From: a virus
Direction: 5' to 3' (one strand)
Length of the DNA: 63,050 nucleotides
IMG/VR virus record: IMGVR_UViG_3300043640_000027
Coordinates: 1-63,050 of that record
Part shown: piece after piece, positions 23,064-31,087 of the stretch
How positions within the stretch are numbered: position 1 is the stretch's first letter
Layout: the number at the start of each line of letters is the position of its first letter
Made by a program: the position numbers and the translations under genes
Notes under the pieces: model-generated
What the model was told of the DNA's origin: nothing
Databases searched by the model: none
Seen by the model: the letters and a program-made list of their open reading frames with translations, nothing else

Positions 23064-23463
23064 GATCGAAACGCGGTACTGGAAGCGCGCGCGCCATGAC
23101 TTAGACAGGGACACGAGAGAAGTTATTTACTTCGCTACCGATACAAACGCAGCGCATGCCCGCGCAGAGAGCGACCCACACGCACAGGAATGCGGCTTCC
23201 GCGAGTACAGCGACAACGTACCGGAGCAGGTACACAACGGCGCAGATCGCAGCCCAGCCCCCGTGGAACTGGTAGACCCGCTAGTAGGTAAACAGCAGGC
23301 ATGGGAAGCGTTGCAGGCATGGACTCATTCGCACGGTGACAGCGTAGCGATTCAAGACCAGATCGCCATGCTTGAGCTTTGGAAGCACCAGTTATGCATG
23401 TGGGCAACAAGCACCATGGCTGCGCAGCTTAAGCCCGATGGAGCTAAACCTAATGTCAACTGA
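23056..23463 (+). CDS. hypothetical protein
   Basis: 135-aa ORF overlapping its neighbours by 8 and 11 nt. Confidence 0.6.
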   Translation: MDKIETRYWKRARHDLDRDTREVIYFATDTNAAHARAESDPHAQECGFREYSDNVPEQVHNGADRSPAPVELVDPLVGKQQAWEALQAWTHSHGDSVAIQDQIAMLELWKHQLCMWATSTMAAQLKPDGAKPNVN

Positions 23464-23989
23464 TCTAATGATCGACATTGAAACACTCGGCACAGCAAAT
23501 AATGCCCATGTGTTGTCGGTCGGCATGGTGTGGTTCGATATTAGGCATCCCGATGAATCGCTAGTAGAACTTCCGATCTTACACCCCGATATGGCGCAGC
23601 CGCTTAGTATGATCGACGGCGACACGGTAGCGTGGTGGATGAAGCAAGGTACGGAAGCCAAGCAAGTATTTGCGGACACAGTAGAGCGCGAAGCTCTTTC
23701 CGTGGTCGCCGAAAAAGTATATCAGAATGCCAATAACGCCCAACGTATATGGGCAAAAGACCCGGACTTCGATTGCATTATTCTGGCTAACTTCGTTCAG
23801 AACTATCTGAGCAAGAGTATTAAATGGCCGTACTGGAAAGGCCGCAGCGTCCGCACCATGTTGGATGTACTGCCAGCCACCAAGGAAATGCGGTTTGAGG
23901 GCGTCCAACATAATGCTTTGGCCGACGCGGTTCATCAAGCCAAGCAGATGCAGGCGGTGTTTAGTCACCTACAATTGAGGAACTACTAA
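23453..23989 (+). CDS. DEDDh-type 3'-5' exonuclease
   Basis: Start chosen at ATG 23453 (MSTDLMIDIETLG). ExoI motif DIETLG and ExoIII motif HNALADAVH. Confidence 0.7.
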   Translation: MSTDLMIDIETLGTANNAHVLSVGMVWFDIRHPDESLVELPILHPDMAQPLSMIDGDTVAWWMKQGTEAKQVFADTVEREALSVVAEKVYQNANNAQRIWAKDPDFDCIILANFVQNYLSKSIKWPYWKGRSVRTMLDVLPATKEMRFEGVQHNALADAVHQAKQMQAVFSHLQLRNY

Positions 23990-24156
23990 TGACTGTATGC
24001 AGAGAGTGCGACGGCGTAGGTGAGATTATGTGCGACGAGTGTGGTGGTTCGGGTCTAGGCGATAGCGACAAAGGCACTTGTGAAGTATGCGACGGCAACG
24101 GCGTATTGATGTGCCAGGACTGCGGCGGTATGGGCGAATTAGAAGACGAAGATTAA
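23989..24156 (+). CDS. DnaJ-type zinc-finger mini-protein (55 aa, below track cutoff)
   Basis: Manual translation MTVCRECDGVGEIMCDECGGSGLGDSDKGTCEVCDGNGVLMCQDCGGMGELEDED gives four CxxCxGxG repeats. TAATG coupling. Ends 7 nt before tRNA-Leu(UAA). Confidence 0.6.
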   Translation: MTVCRECDGVGEIMCDECGGSGLGDSDKGTCEVCDGNGVLMCQDCGGMGELEDED

Positions 24157-24163
24157 TAGTATT

Positions 24164-24247
24164 GCGCGGGTGGTGGAACGGTATACACATGAGACTTAAA
24201 ATCTCACGGCGAAAGCCTTGCGGGTTCGAGTCCCGCTCCGCGCACCA
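24164..24247 (+). tRNA. tRNA-Leu(UAA): tRNA-Leu (anticodon UAA)
   Basis: GCGCGGG TG GTG GAACGGTATA CAC A TGAGA CTTAAAA TCTCA, 13-nt variable arm, GCGGG TTCGAGT CCCGC TCCGCGC A CCA (84 nt). Confidence 0.9.
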
Positions 24248-24259
24248 TAGGAGAGCAGC

Positions 24260-24469
24260 ATGGATCGTGTATACTTCGATAGTCCTATATCTCCCGCAGG
24301 TCAGGACTGGATGCACTGCGAAGTGCGTAGTACCGTAAATAATGTTTTGCGGGTGACAGTACAGAGCGGCGGATACGGTCATGGGACCATCATGGGACCA
24401 CCATGGAGTTTCCGATGGCTAGGGTGCACCGAATTGAATACGGCGATAGCAGGCGGTAGTTATGGATAA
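24260..24469 (+). CDS. hypothetical protein
   Basis: AGGAGA RBS immediately after the tRNA CCA. 69 aa. Confidence 0.55.
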   Translation: MDRVYFDSPISPAGQDWMHCEVRSTVNNVLRVTVQSGGYGHGTIMGPPWSFRWLGCTELNTAIAGGSYG

Positions 24470-24863
24470 CCATAGATACGACGCCATGCGGTACATGCTA
24501 GAAGCCGCTGCCTGTGAACCGTATTTTAATTTTACTGAGCAGATGCAGAACCCGTTTAAGCACGAACTAGGCGAACAGATTCCGCTGCCTATGGAGAGGA
24601 AAATCCTCGGGCGGGAAGTAATAGATCATACCAGATTAATGGCTATGGATATTACGCAGAGAGGAAGTTATGTTAGAGCAGCTACAGCTAGAGGGATAGC
24701 CTTAGTGCTAGAATCGCCGGGTATTATGGACATAACGGAAGAAGTAGACATGGACAGATTCGGAACTATATGCACGGGTTCGGTATACGTGTTTAACGAA
24801 GAACAGATGCGAAGTTTTATACGCGACATAGAAGATGCAGTCAAGGAGAGTTTGTCAACATAA
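24462..24863 (+). CDS. hypothetical protein
   Basis: 133-aa ORF overlapping the upstream gene by 8 nt. Confidence 0.6.
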   Translation: MDNHRYDAMRYMLEAAACEPYFNFTEQMQNPFKHELGEQIPLPMERKILGREVIDHTRLMAMDITQRGSYVRAATARGIALVLESPGIMDITEEVDMDRFGTICTGSVYVFNEEQMRSFIRDIEDAVKESLST

Positions 24864-24864
24864 T

Positions 24865-25053
24865 ATGTTAGTCATGTCCCATACCACAGGCGACGTTATC
24901 CATATTGGCGACGACATTAAAGTTGAAGTCGTACAGTGTGGGGGTGGCCGAGTGAAGCTAGGATTTACAGCGCCGAAAGAGACACGCATTTTGCGTGATA
25001 AAGTTAAGCGCAGAATAGAGGAAGAAGGCCGTGACCGTATTCAAAACGATTGA
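24865..25053 (+). CDS. csrA: CsrA/RsmA-family RNA-binding protein homologue
   Basis: Start chosen at ATG 24865. MLVMSHTTGDVIHIGDDIKVEVVQCGGGRVKLGFTAPKETRILRDKV aligns without gaps to E. coli CsrA [47 protein letters not shown] (from memory). 62 aa. Confidence 0.75.
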   Translation: MLVMSHTTGDVIHIGDDIKVEVVQCGGGRVKLGFTAPKETRILRDKVKRRIEEEGRDRIQND

Positions 25054-25717
25054 AGACTGCGGCGTAGAACTAATCGCAAGCACGACTATGCCTGATGGTG
25101 AGAGCGGAGATAACTTTCCAGCTACAGCAGCGCGAGTTAGTTTTGCCAATGATCGCCTAGTATACGACGAGAACAAAGACCTCAAGCTGATTAAGTACCT
25201 AGCGGATCACCAACACCTTACGCCGTTTGAGTATCAGCATGCTACTCTTATGATTGAATGCCCGCTGTTTATACGCAGCCAGATTCATCGGCACAGGACA
25301 TTTAGTTTTAATGAAATCTCGCGACGCTACACCAGTGAACAGCTTGAGTTCTGGATGCCTACTACATGGCGCAAACAAGCTGAGAGTAATAGGCAGGCTA
25401 GCGATGGAGAGATACAGCACGTTATTCACTGCGACGACGTATATAGAGGCCAGTGCTACAACGCCTTAGCGTCGTATGAAGAACTGCTAGAATGCGGTGT
25501 GGGTAGAGAACAGGCCCGCGCCGTACTGCCGCAGAGTTTACTGACTCGATTCTATATGGGCGGTAATCTACGGAACTGGGCGCATTTCCTAGAACTACGG
25601 TTAGACAGTCACGCGCAGTACGAAGTACAAGTAATAGCAAGCAAGGCGAAGGGCATCCTTGATAACCTATGGCCCAACTCATTAGAAGCATTAATGAATG
25701 AAACCCCTACTATATAA
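25031..25717 (+). CDS. thyX: flavin-dependent thymidylate synthase ThyX
   Basis: ThyX signature RHRTFSFNEISRRY (RHRxxSxxxxSxR). GTG start overlaps csrA by 23 nt. Confidence 0.85.
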   Translation: MTVFKTIEDCGVELIASTTMPDGESGDNFPATAARVSFANDRLVYDENKDLKLIKYLADHQHLTPFEYQHATLMIECPLFIRSQIHRHRTFSFNEISRRYTSEQLEFWMPTTWRKQAESNRQASDGEIQHVIHCDDVYRGQCYNALASYEELLECGVGREQARAVLPQSLLTRFYMGGNLRNWAHFLELRLDSHAQYEVQVIASKAKGILDNLWPNSLEALMNETPTI

Positions 25718-25763
25718 CCCACAACTGTTTGCGTACACCGCGCAACGCATAATGGAGACCCAA

Positions 25764-26561
25764 ATGAGCAATGTCGAATCGCCGCAGCACTACACTTCTG
25801 GCTACATCGAAGTGATCTACGCTATCCATGACGTACTTGGCCGCGAAGGTTTCAAGGCGTTCTGCATGGGCAACTATATCAAGTACAACGCTCGCGCCAA
25901 CCACAAGGGTCTGAAAGCAGAAGACCTCGCCAAAGCCGACCAGTACCTAGAGTGGGCTACCAATGGACTACCCGCGCCGGTCGATGGCCGTGTACCGCGC
26001 CAGCCCGAGCGCTTCGGTTATCTGTCTCCGTCGATGGGGTGGAATGCCCTAGACACCGGGGAAGCGATTCACGAGGCCGTAGAGCGTGCTGTGCAGGCTT
26101 CGCCCGCGCTAGGCGCAGGGTATGGCGATGCGGGGCAAACTTTCCCGAATGACGGTAGCCAAATGGGTGAGGCATACAAACGACTAGACAGCGCACTAGA
26201 AGCATACGAAGCCCGACACGCGGAAGCCGCTATAGGTGACGGCTCCGAAGGGCGCGGCGAGGCTCCTAAGCTCGATGTGCGTAGTGGCCCGACAGCGAAG
26301 ACCGTAGCCAATGCCATCGGCCCCGCTATTACCGCAGCGCTAGGTTCGGAGATAATGAAGAGTGTACGCTTGCGCGTTACTAAGAACTTGAACCAGTGCC
26401 CGGAACACGGCGACTCAATCTACTTTGTGGCCGAAGTGTACGACCGCGAAGACAATGACCAGATCAGTAGCGCCATGATCTTGTCAGATGAACCTGACGA
26501 AGTGGTATGCGGTATGGTGGGTAGCGTTCTGGCTGGCGACATTCAGCACTACTTTAGCTAA
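25764..26561 (+). CDS. DUF3310-like domain protein with long C-terminal extension
   Basis: Start chosen at ATG 25764 (GGAGA 5 nt upstream). N-terminal PQHY..G.IEVI....VLG...F..GNYIKY..R...KG...EDLAKA.QYL matches my recollection of the DUF3310 pattern. Confidence 0.55.
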   Translation: MSNVESPQHYTSGYIEVIYAIHDVLGREGFKAFCMGNYIKYNARANHKGLKAEDLAKADQYLEWATNGLPAPVDGRVPRQPERFGYLSPSMGWNALDTGEAIHEAVERAVQASPALGAGYGDAGQTFPNDGSQMGEAYKRLDSALEAYEARHAEAAIGDGSEGRGEAPKLDVRSGPTAKTVANAIGPAITAALGSEIMKSVRLRVTKNLNQCPEHGDSIYFVAEVYDREDNDQISSAMILSDEPDEVVCGMVGSVLAGDIQHYFS

Positions 26562-26600
26562 TTAAACACAGGCCAAGGACGGCCTAACTAACGGTGTATT

Positions 26601-28586
26601 ATGAAAGCTATTGTACTAGACTTCGAAACATTCTATGGCGATGGCTATAGTCTTAGTCTCAGAGACATAACCACAGAAAGCTATGTCCGTGATGCACGAT
26701 TTAAGTGCCACGGTGTAGGTATTAAAATTGACGGTGGCCCGAGTAAGTGGGTCACGGCTCGTCTGGTTAAGCCGGTACTGGACAAGCTAGAACTACATAA
26801 ACATATGGTCATCGGACATAATCTACAGTTCGATGGTAGCATTCTAGGGTGGAAGTACGGTATCTATCCTAAGCTTTACGTCGATACATTGGCGCTATCA
26901 CGCGCGCTTGTCGGCCCACATTCAGTACGTCATGGTCTTAAGTACGTAGCAGAACTGCTATGCGGCATGACCAAGATGGACGAACTATCCAAGTCGTATA
27001 ATGTTCGCGACCTAAGCCCCGCGTTAGAAGCACGTATCGCAGATTATTGCGTAGGCGCTCCGCGATGGGTAGAAAGCAAGTTCGATGCTAAGATCGACAC
27101 GGTAATACCAAGCCACATGGAGGCGGGAGACACAGAACTAACGTGGGCAGTGTTTAAGAAATTAATGCCATACTTCCCACGTTCTGAAATATCGTCTATG
27201 GACTGGACAATTCGGGCGTTCACCGATCCAAAGCTATTGCTAGACACAGACATGCTAGCGCAGTACCAAGAAGAGTTAAAGATACAGAAGCAACAAGCAT
27301 TAGAAGACGCAGGATTACAGACCCGCGAAATACTAATGTCGAATCCAAAGTTTGCAGAAGCATTGGAGAAGTTCGGTGTCCGACCACCTACCAAGATCAC
27401 CAAGACGGGACGGGTTACATTCGCCTTCGCTAAGACAGATGAAGGGCTTAAAGATTTACTTGAACACGACAACCCCGCAGTACAAGCTTTGGTTGCAGCG
27501 CGACTTGAACACAAGTCTACGATTGAAGAAACACGCACCACGCTATACCACGCCGCTAGTTTACGTGGCCTATGGCCGGTTGGGTACAACTACGCAGGCG
27601 CGCAAGTCACGCAGCGCTATTCTGGTAACAAAGGCGGTGGTGGTAATCCGCAGAATCTTAAGCGGGGCGGGACACTAAGGCGCTGCATATACGCACCAGA
27701 AGAATTCGTACTAGGCGTAGCTGACCTTAGCCAGATCGAAGCCCGCATTACCCTATGGCTGGGTATGCAGATTTCAGGCCCAGATGGCGAAGAAGCCAAA
27801 GCACTAAAGGTTATGGAAGAGGGCGGCGATATATACGGCTGGTTCGGTACACGTATTTACGGCAAGCCGATTAATAAAAAGGACACGCCAGCAGAACGCC
27901 AAATAAGTAAGTCCGCTGTGTTGGGTCTAGGTTTCGGCATGGGGGCGGAACGATTCATTGACTACTGCAAGCAGTCCAACATCTATGGCATTACACCAGA
28001 ATTCGCAGAGTTTATTGTACAGCTATACCGAGGTACGTTTACAGGTGTAAGAGCTTTCTGGAAACAATGCAATAGGGCCATCGACGGATTAATGCAAGGT
28101 GTCGTAGATACGCCACTACCGATGCAAGGTGTAGAACTAGTACGCACCTGCCTTGATCCACTATTCCAGCAACCCGCTATTATGTTGCCTAATGGACTGT
28201 GTGTTAAGTATCCGGGGCTAAATAAGAATGGCGATGGCGAAGTAACCTATCTAGACGGTAAGAAGCTAGTTAAGTTATTCGGTGGTAAGACTACAGAGAA
28301 CATTGTCCAAGCCGTCGCAGCATTAGTTATGCGCGAGCAGAAGGCGGAAGTTAACAAGTATTATCCTGTACAGATGACGACGCACGATGAATTAGTTTCG
28401 TTAGTGCCGGAAGCTGATGACGACATTAGAGAGTGGAACGAAGACAAACAGGAGTTAGTAGTTACCAAGGTAGGACCGTACACAGAGCTAGTGAATAGAG
28501 TTATGACTAGGCCCATTTCTTATCTACCGGGACTACCTTTAGGTATCGAGTCAGATACCGCAATCAGATATGGAGACGCTAAATAA
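26601..28586 (+). CDS. family A DNA polymerase with N-terminal 3'-5' exonuclease domain
   Basis: ExoI VLDFET. Motif A DLSQIEARI, motif B RQISKSAVLGLGFGMG and motif C TTHDELV. Confidence 0.9.
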   Translation: MKAIVLDFETFYGDGYSLSLRDITTESYVRDARFKCHGVGIKIDGGPSKWVTARLVKPVLDKLELHKHMVIGHNLQFDGSILGWKYGIYPKLYVDTLALSRALVGPHSVRHGLKYVAELLCGMTKMDELSKSYNVRDLSPALEARIADYCVGAPRWVESKFDAKIDTVIPSHMEAGDTELTWAVFKKLMPYFPRSEISSMDWTIRAFTDPKLLLDTDMLAQYQEELKIQKQQALEDAGLQTREILMSNPKFAEALEKFGVRPPTKITKTGRVTFAFAKTDEGLKDLLEHDNPAVQALVAARLEHKSTIEETRTTLYHAASLRGLWPVGYNYAGAQVTQRYSGNKGGGGNPQNLKRGGTLRRCIYAPEEFVLGVADLSQIEARITLWLGMQISGPDGEEAKALKVMEEGGDIYGWFGTRIYGKPINKKDTPAERQISKSAVLGLGFGMGAERFIDYCKQSNIYGITPEFAEFIVQLYRGTFTGVRAFWKQCNRAIDGLMQGVVDTPLPMQGVELVRTCLDPLFQQPAIMLPNGLCVKYPGLNKNGDGEVTYLDGKKLVKLFGGKTTENIVQAVAALVMREQKAEVNKYYPVQMTTHDELVSLVPEADDDIREWNEDKQELVVTKVGPYTELVNRVMTRPISYLPGLPLGIESDTAIRYGDAK

Positions 28587-28759
28587 TGAAACGCTTACTT
28601 ATACTACTGTACGGAATAATTTCTTTCCTAGCTGGCGTGCCGTTTTTGGTAGCCGGGTCTATGTGGTACGAAATAAACTCCGCGTTTTGGGCAGGTAGTG
28701 GCATGGCGCGGGAGTTGAATAGGAAGTTCGAGCGCGAAGCGAATGAGAGGAAATACTAA
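28586..28759 (+). CDS. small membrane protein (57 aa, below track cutoff)
   Basis: Manual translation MKRLLILLYGIISFLAGVPFLVAGSMWYEINSAFWAGSGMARELNRKFEREANERKY. TAATG coupling at both ends. Confidence 0.5.
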   Translation: MKRLLILLYGIISFLAGVPFLVAGSMWYEINSAFWAGSGMARELNRKFEREANERKY

Positions 28760-29034
28760 TGGCAGACGTAGAGAGGGCGCTAAAGGTAGCGCAGAAGATC
28801 GGAGAAGCCATAGTTAAGAAGTTCCCTAAGCATACCTTGTTCGTGCGACGTACAGACTTAGGTGACGCAGGGTTCGTGGAAATCGCTTTGCGCCCCGAGG
28901 GTGGTTCGTATAACCAAGAAATTAGCACGGCATATAGTGATGAATACTTCGCCAGTGCTACTACGCCAGAAGTGCTGCAAGAGAAAGCCAAGCGCATACT
29001 TAAGGACTTTCGTACCCACTTCGGCCAAGTTTAA
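28759..29034 (+). CDS. hypothetical protein
   Basis: 91-aa ORF. Weak similarity to the next ORF (AYSDEYF vs AYSEAFL). Confidence 0.6.
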   Translation: MADVERALKVAQKIGEAIVKKFPKHTLFVRRTDLGDAGFVEIALRPEGGSYNQEISTAYSDEYFASATTPEVLQEKAKRILKDFRTHFGQV

Positions 29035-29291
29035 TGGGTGATGAACGTACCCACAAAGCGCACAAGGTAGCGTGCGCTTTGAACAGGAAGCTGGGGATTG
29101 ATCTTAGCGTAAGACGTATGCCGCTAGTTAATAACCACATAGCGTTCGAGTTCGTGAGTGGTAATAAATCAGCAGCATACAGCGAAGCTTTTCTTGAGAC
29201 CAACCTAGCTCAGTTCGCTACCCGACTAATGGCAGTATTCGCGGAGACAACGCATGGACATAAAAAAGGTGATGCTAGCCGTAAAGGCTAA
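29034..29291 (+). CDS. hypothetical protein
   Basis: 85-aa ORF with TAATG coupling. Overlaps the ligase start by 38 nt. Confidence 0.5.
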   Translation: MGDERTHKAHKVACALNRKLGIDLSVRRMPLVNNHIAFEFVSGNKSAAYSEAFLETNLAQFATRLMAVFAETTHGHKKGDASRKG

Positions 29292-30153
29292 AGAGTTTGA
29301 GACTCTAAACTACCCTTTACTTGCTTCGCCTAAGATCGACGGAGTACGTGCGACTAATAAGTCCGGCGCGCTAGTATCTCGCACCATGACATTAATCCCA
29401 AATGGGTTTACGCAGCAAGCATTTAATAGTCCGATATGGGCTGGGTTCGATGGCGAGTTAGTAGTAGGCGACCCGAACCATCCGAACTGCATGCAGAATA
29501 CCATGTCTGGTGTTATGTCTCGCGAGGGCACTCCCGATGTAACGTGGTACGTATTCGACCGTTGGGATATAGACAAGCCATACATGCACAGGGCCAGAGC
29601 CGCTAAGGAAGCCATAGAGCAGGCAGGACTAGAGAATATAGTCTGGCTACCTCAGACGCGTATCCGTACCGTGGAAGAATTATATGCCTACGAAGATGCG
29701 CGGGTAGAAGAGGGCTACGAAGGTGTTATCTTGCGCGCCCCTGATGGCAGATACAAGCAAAACCGTAGCACGATTAAAGAAGGTTTGATGTTGAAGGTTA
29801 AAAGGTTCCACGATAGCGAAGCGGAAATCGTCGGCGCCTACGAGTTAATGCATAATAATAATGAGGCCACGACAGATGCCCGAGGATTCACTAAACGATC
29901 TACCCACGCTGCAAACAAAGAAGCTTCCGGCGTACTTGGTGGTTTTAATGTACGCGATGTATATGATGGAAGAGAGTTTGATTTGGGTACGGGATTCACC
30001 CTTGAACAGCGTAAGAATCTTTGGCAGGCGTGGTTAAAGAACCAGAATCACTTACTAGGGATTATATGTAAATACAAACACTTCCCTATTGGCGTAGTAG
30101 ATAAACCTAGGCACCCTATCTTTCTAGGGTTTCGCGACAGGCGTGATATGTGA
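29254..30153 (+). CDS. ATP-dependent DNA ligase
   Basis: Motif I SPKIDGVRA (KxDG), motif IV EGVILR and motif V MLKVKRF. 299 aa. The start could instead be ATG 29272. Confidence 0.85.
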   Translation: MDIKKVMLAVKAKEFETLNYPLLASPKIDGVRATNKSGALVSRTMTLIPNGFTQQAFNSPIWAGFDGELVVGDPNHPNCMQNTMSGVMSREGTPDVTWYVFDRWDIDKPYMHRARAAKEAIEQAGLENIVWLPQTRIRTVEELYAYEDARVEEGYEGVILRAPDGRYKQNRSTIKEGLMLKVKRFHDSEAEIVGAYELMHNNNEATTDARGFTKRSTHAANKEASGVLGGFNVRDVYDGREFDLGTGFTLEQRKNLWQAWLKNQNHLLGIICKYKHFPIGVVDKPRHPIFLGFRDRRDM

Positions 30154-30503
30154 TGGGGCTACCTGAGTTTGTATCCAGTGTAAAGCAGTTACTAGAGGCC
30201 GAGTACGCCAGACTAGGATTTATACTTGTTTCTATCCGCACTGTAACTGATCCGTGCGACTACGAGACATACATGCAGGGGGAAATAATCTGTCCTTGCG
30301 GCGGTATGGAGCATTTCACGTTTCGATTTTCTGTAGCCCGACTAGATCGAAACCGGGTAACAGGGATAGCGCATTTAGTATTAAAGAATACGGCGAGTCG
30401 CGCACATCTAGAACTAGATGTACTAAACGGCTTACTGCCCGCATCAGCGTTGGACGGCAGTACCTACAAAGGTGAACTAATGGAGACATACAATGCAGAT
30501 TAA
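30153..30503 (+). CDS. hypothetical protein
   Basis: ATG 30153 overlaps the ligase stop (TGATG); the track start 30150 is a GTG one codon upstream. Confidence 0.6.
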   Translation: MGLPEFVSSVKQLLEAEYARLGFILVSIRTVTDPCDYETYMQGEIICPCGGMEHFTFRFSVARLDRNRVTGIAHLVLKNTASRAHLELDVLNGLLPASALDGSTYKGELMETYNAD

Positions 30504-30654
30504 CTTTAGCGTAGTCGCCGATGACAGCGACGACATGAAACAGAAACTAGATGTAGCCCTGTTCAAGCTAGCAAAGAACCTTGACCAGATTACGCGACTC
30601 AAAATAGGCGAGCAGATTGAGATTGACCACGTTGCAGTGCTCAGGAGCGAATAA
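30493..30654 (+). CDS. hypothetical small acidic protein (53 aa, below track cutoff)
   Basis: Manual translation MQINFSVVADDSDDMKQKLDVALFKLAKNLDQITRLKIGEQIEIDHVAVLRSE. Fills the gap, and its stop overlaps the next ATG. Confidence 0.45.
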   Translation: MQINFSVVADDSDDMKQKLDVALFKLAKNLDQITRLKIGEQIEIDHVAVLRSE

Positions 30655-31079
30655 TGGATCAGAGAACAGCAGTTGCCGCAGACGAATTAGTTTCGCACTT
30701 GTTCTCTGGCGCTTCGGTTAACCGGGCTTATCATGGCCTTAGTGATTTGCAGAACATCTGTTACACGCTATCTAAGAATGCCGGATGGCACAAGTTGCCA
30801 GCTAGCAACCCGGAAACCTTCGCCACGAAGATAGCACTTATCCATTCTGAGGCTAGTGAGGCGCTAGAAGGTTTTCGTAAGAATAAGCAGGACGATCATC
30901 TGCCGCACAGAAAAGCAGTTGAGGTAGAGTTAGCTGACTTAATTATCCGCGTTCTGGATTTAAGTGGCGCATTAAATCTCGATCTTTCTGGTGCGATCCT
31001 AGAGAAGTTAGTGTATAATCAGAGTCGAGTTGATCACAAACCCGAAGCCCGCGCAGCAGAAGGCGGCAAGAAGTTCTAG
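30654..31079 (+). CDS. MazG-like nucleoside triphosphate pyrophosphohydrolase
   Basis: EASEALEGFRK ... EVELADLIIRVLDL pattern (EExxE/D-type metal-binding helices) typical of small MazG proteins. Confidence 0.65.
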   Translation: MDQRTAVAADELVSHLFSGASVNRAYHGLSDLQNICYTLSKNAGWHKLPASNPETFATKIALIHSEASEALEGFRKNKQDDHLPHRKAVEVELADLIIRVLDLSGALNLDLSGAILEKLVYNQSRVDHKPEARAAEGGKKF

Positions 31080-31087
31080 GAGTTCTA

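Noticed and set aside
24026-24382. 118-aa minus-strand ORF, and plus-strand ORF 24087..24338, spanning tRNA-Leu(UAA)
   Set aside because: Both run straight through a well-folded tRNA gene and the DnaJ-type zinc-finger ORF. They have no RBS or are on the wrong strand.
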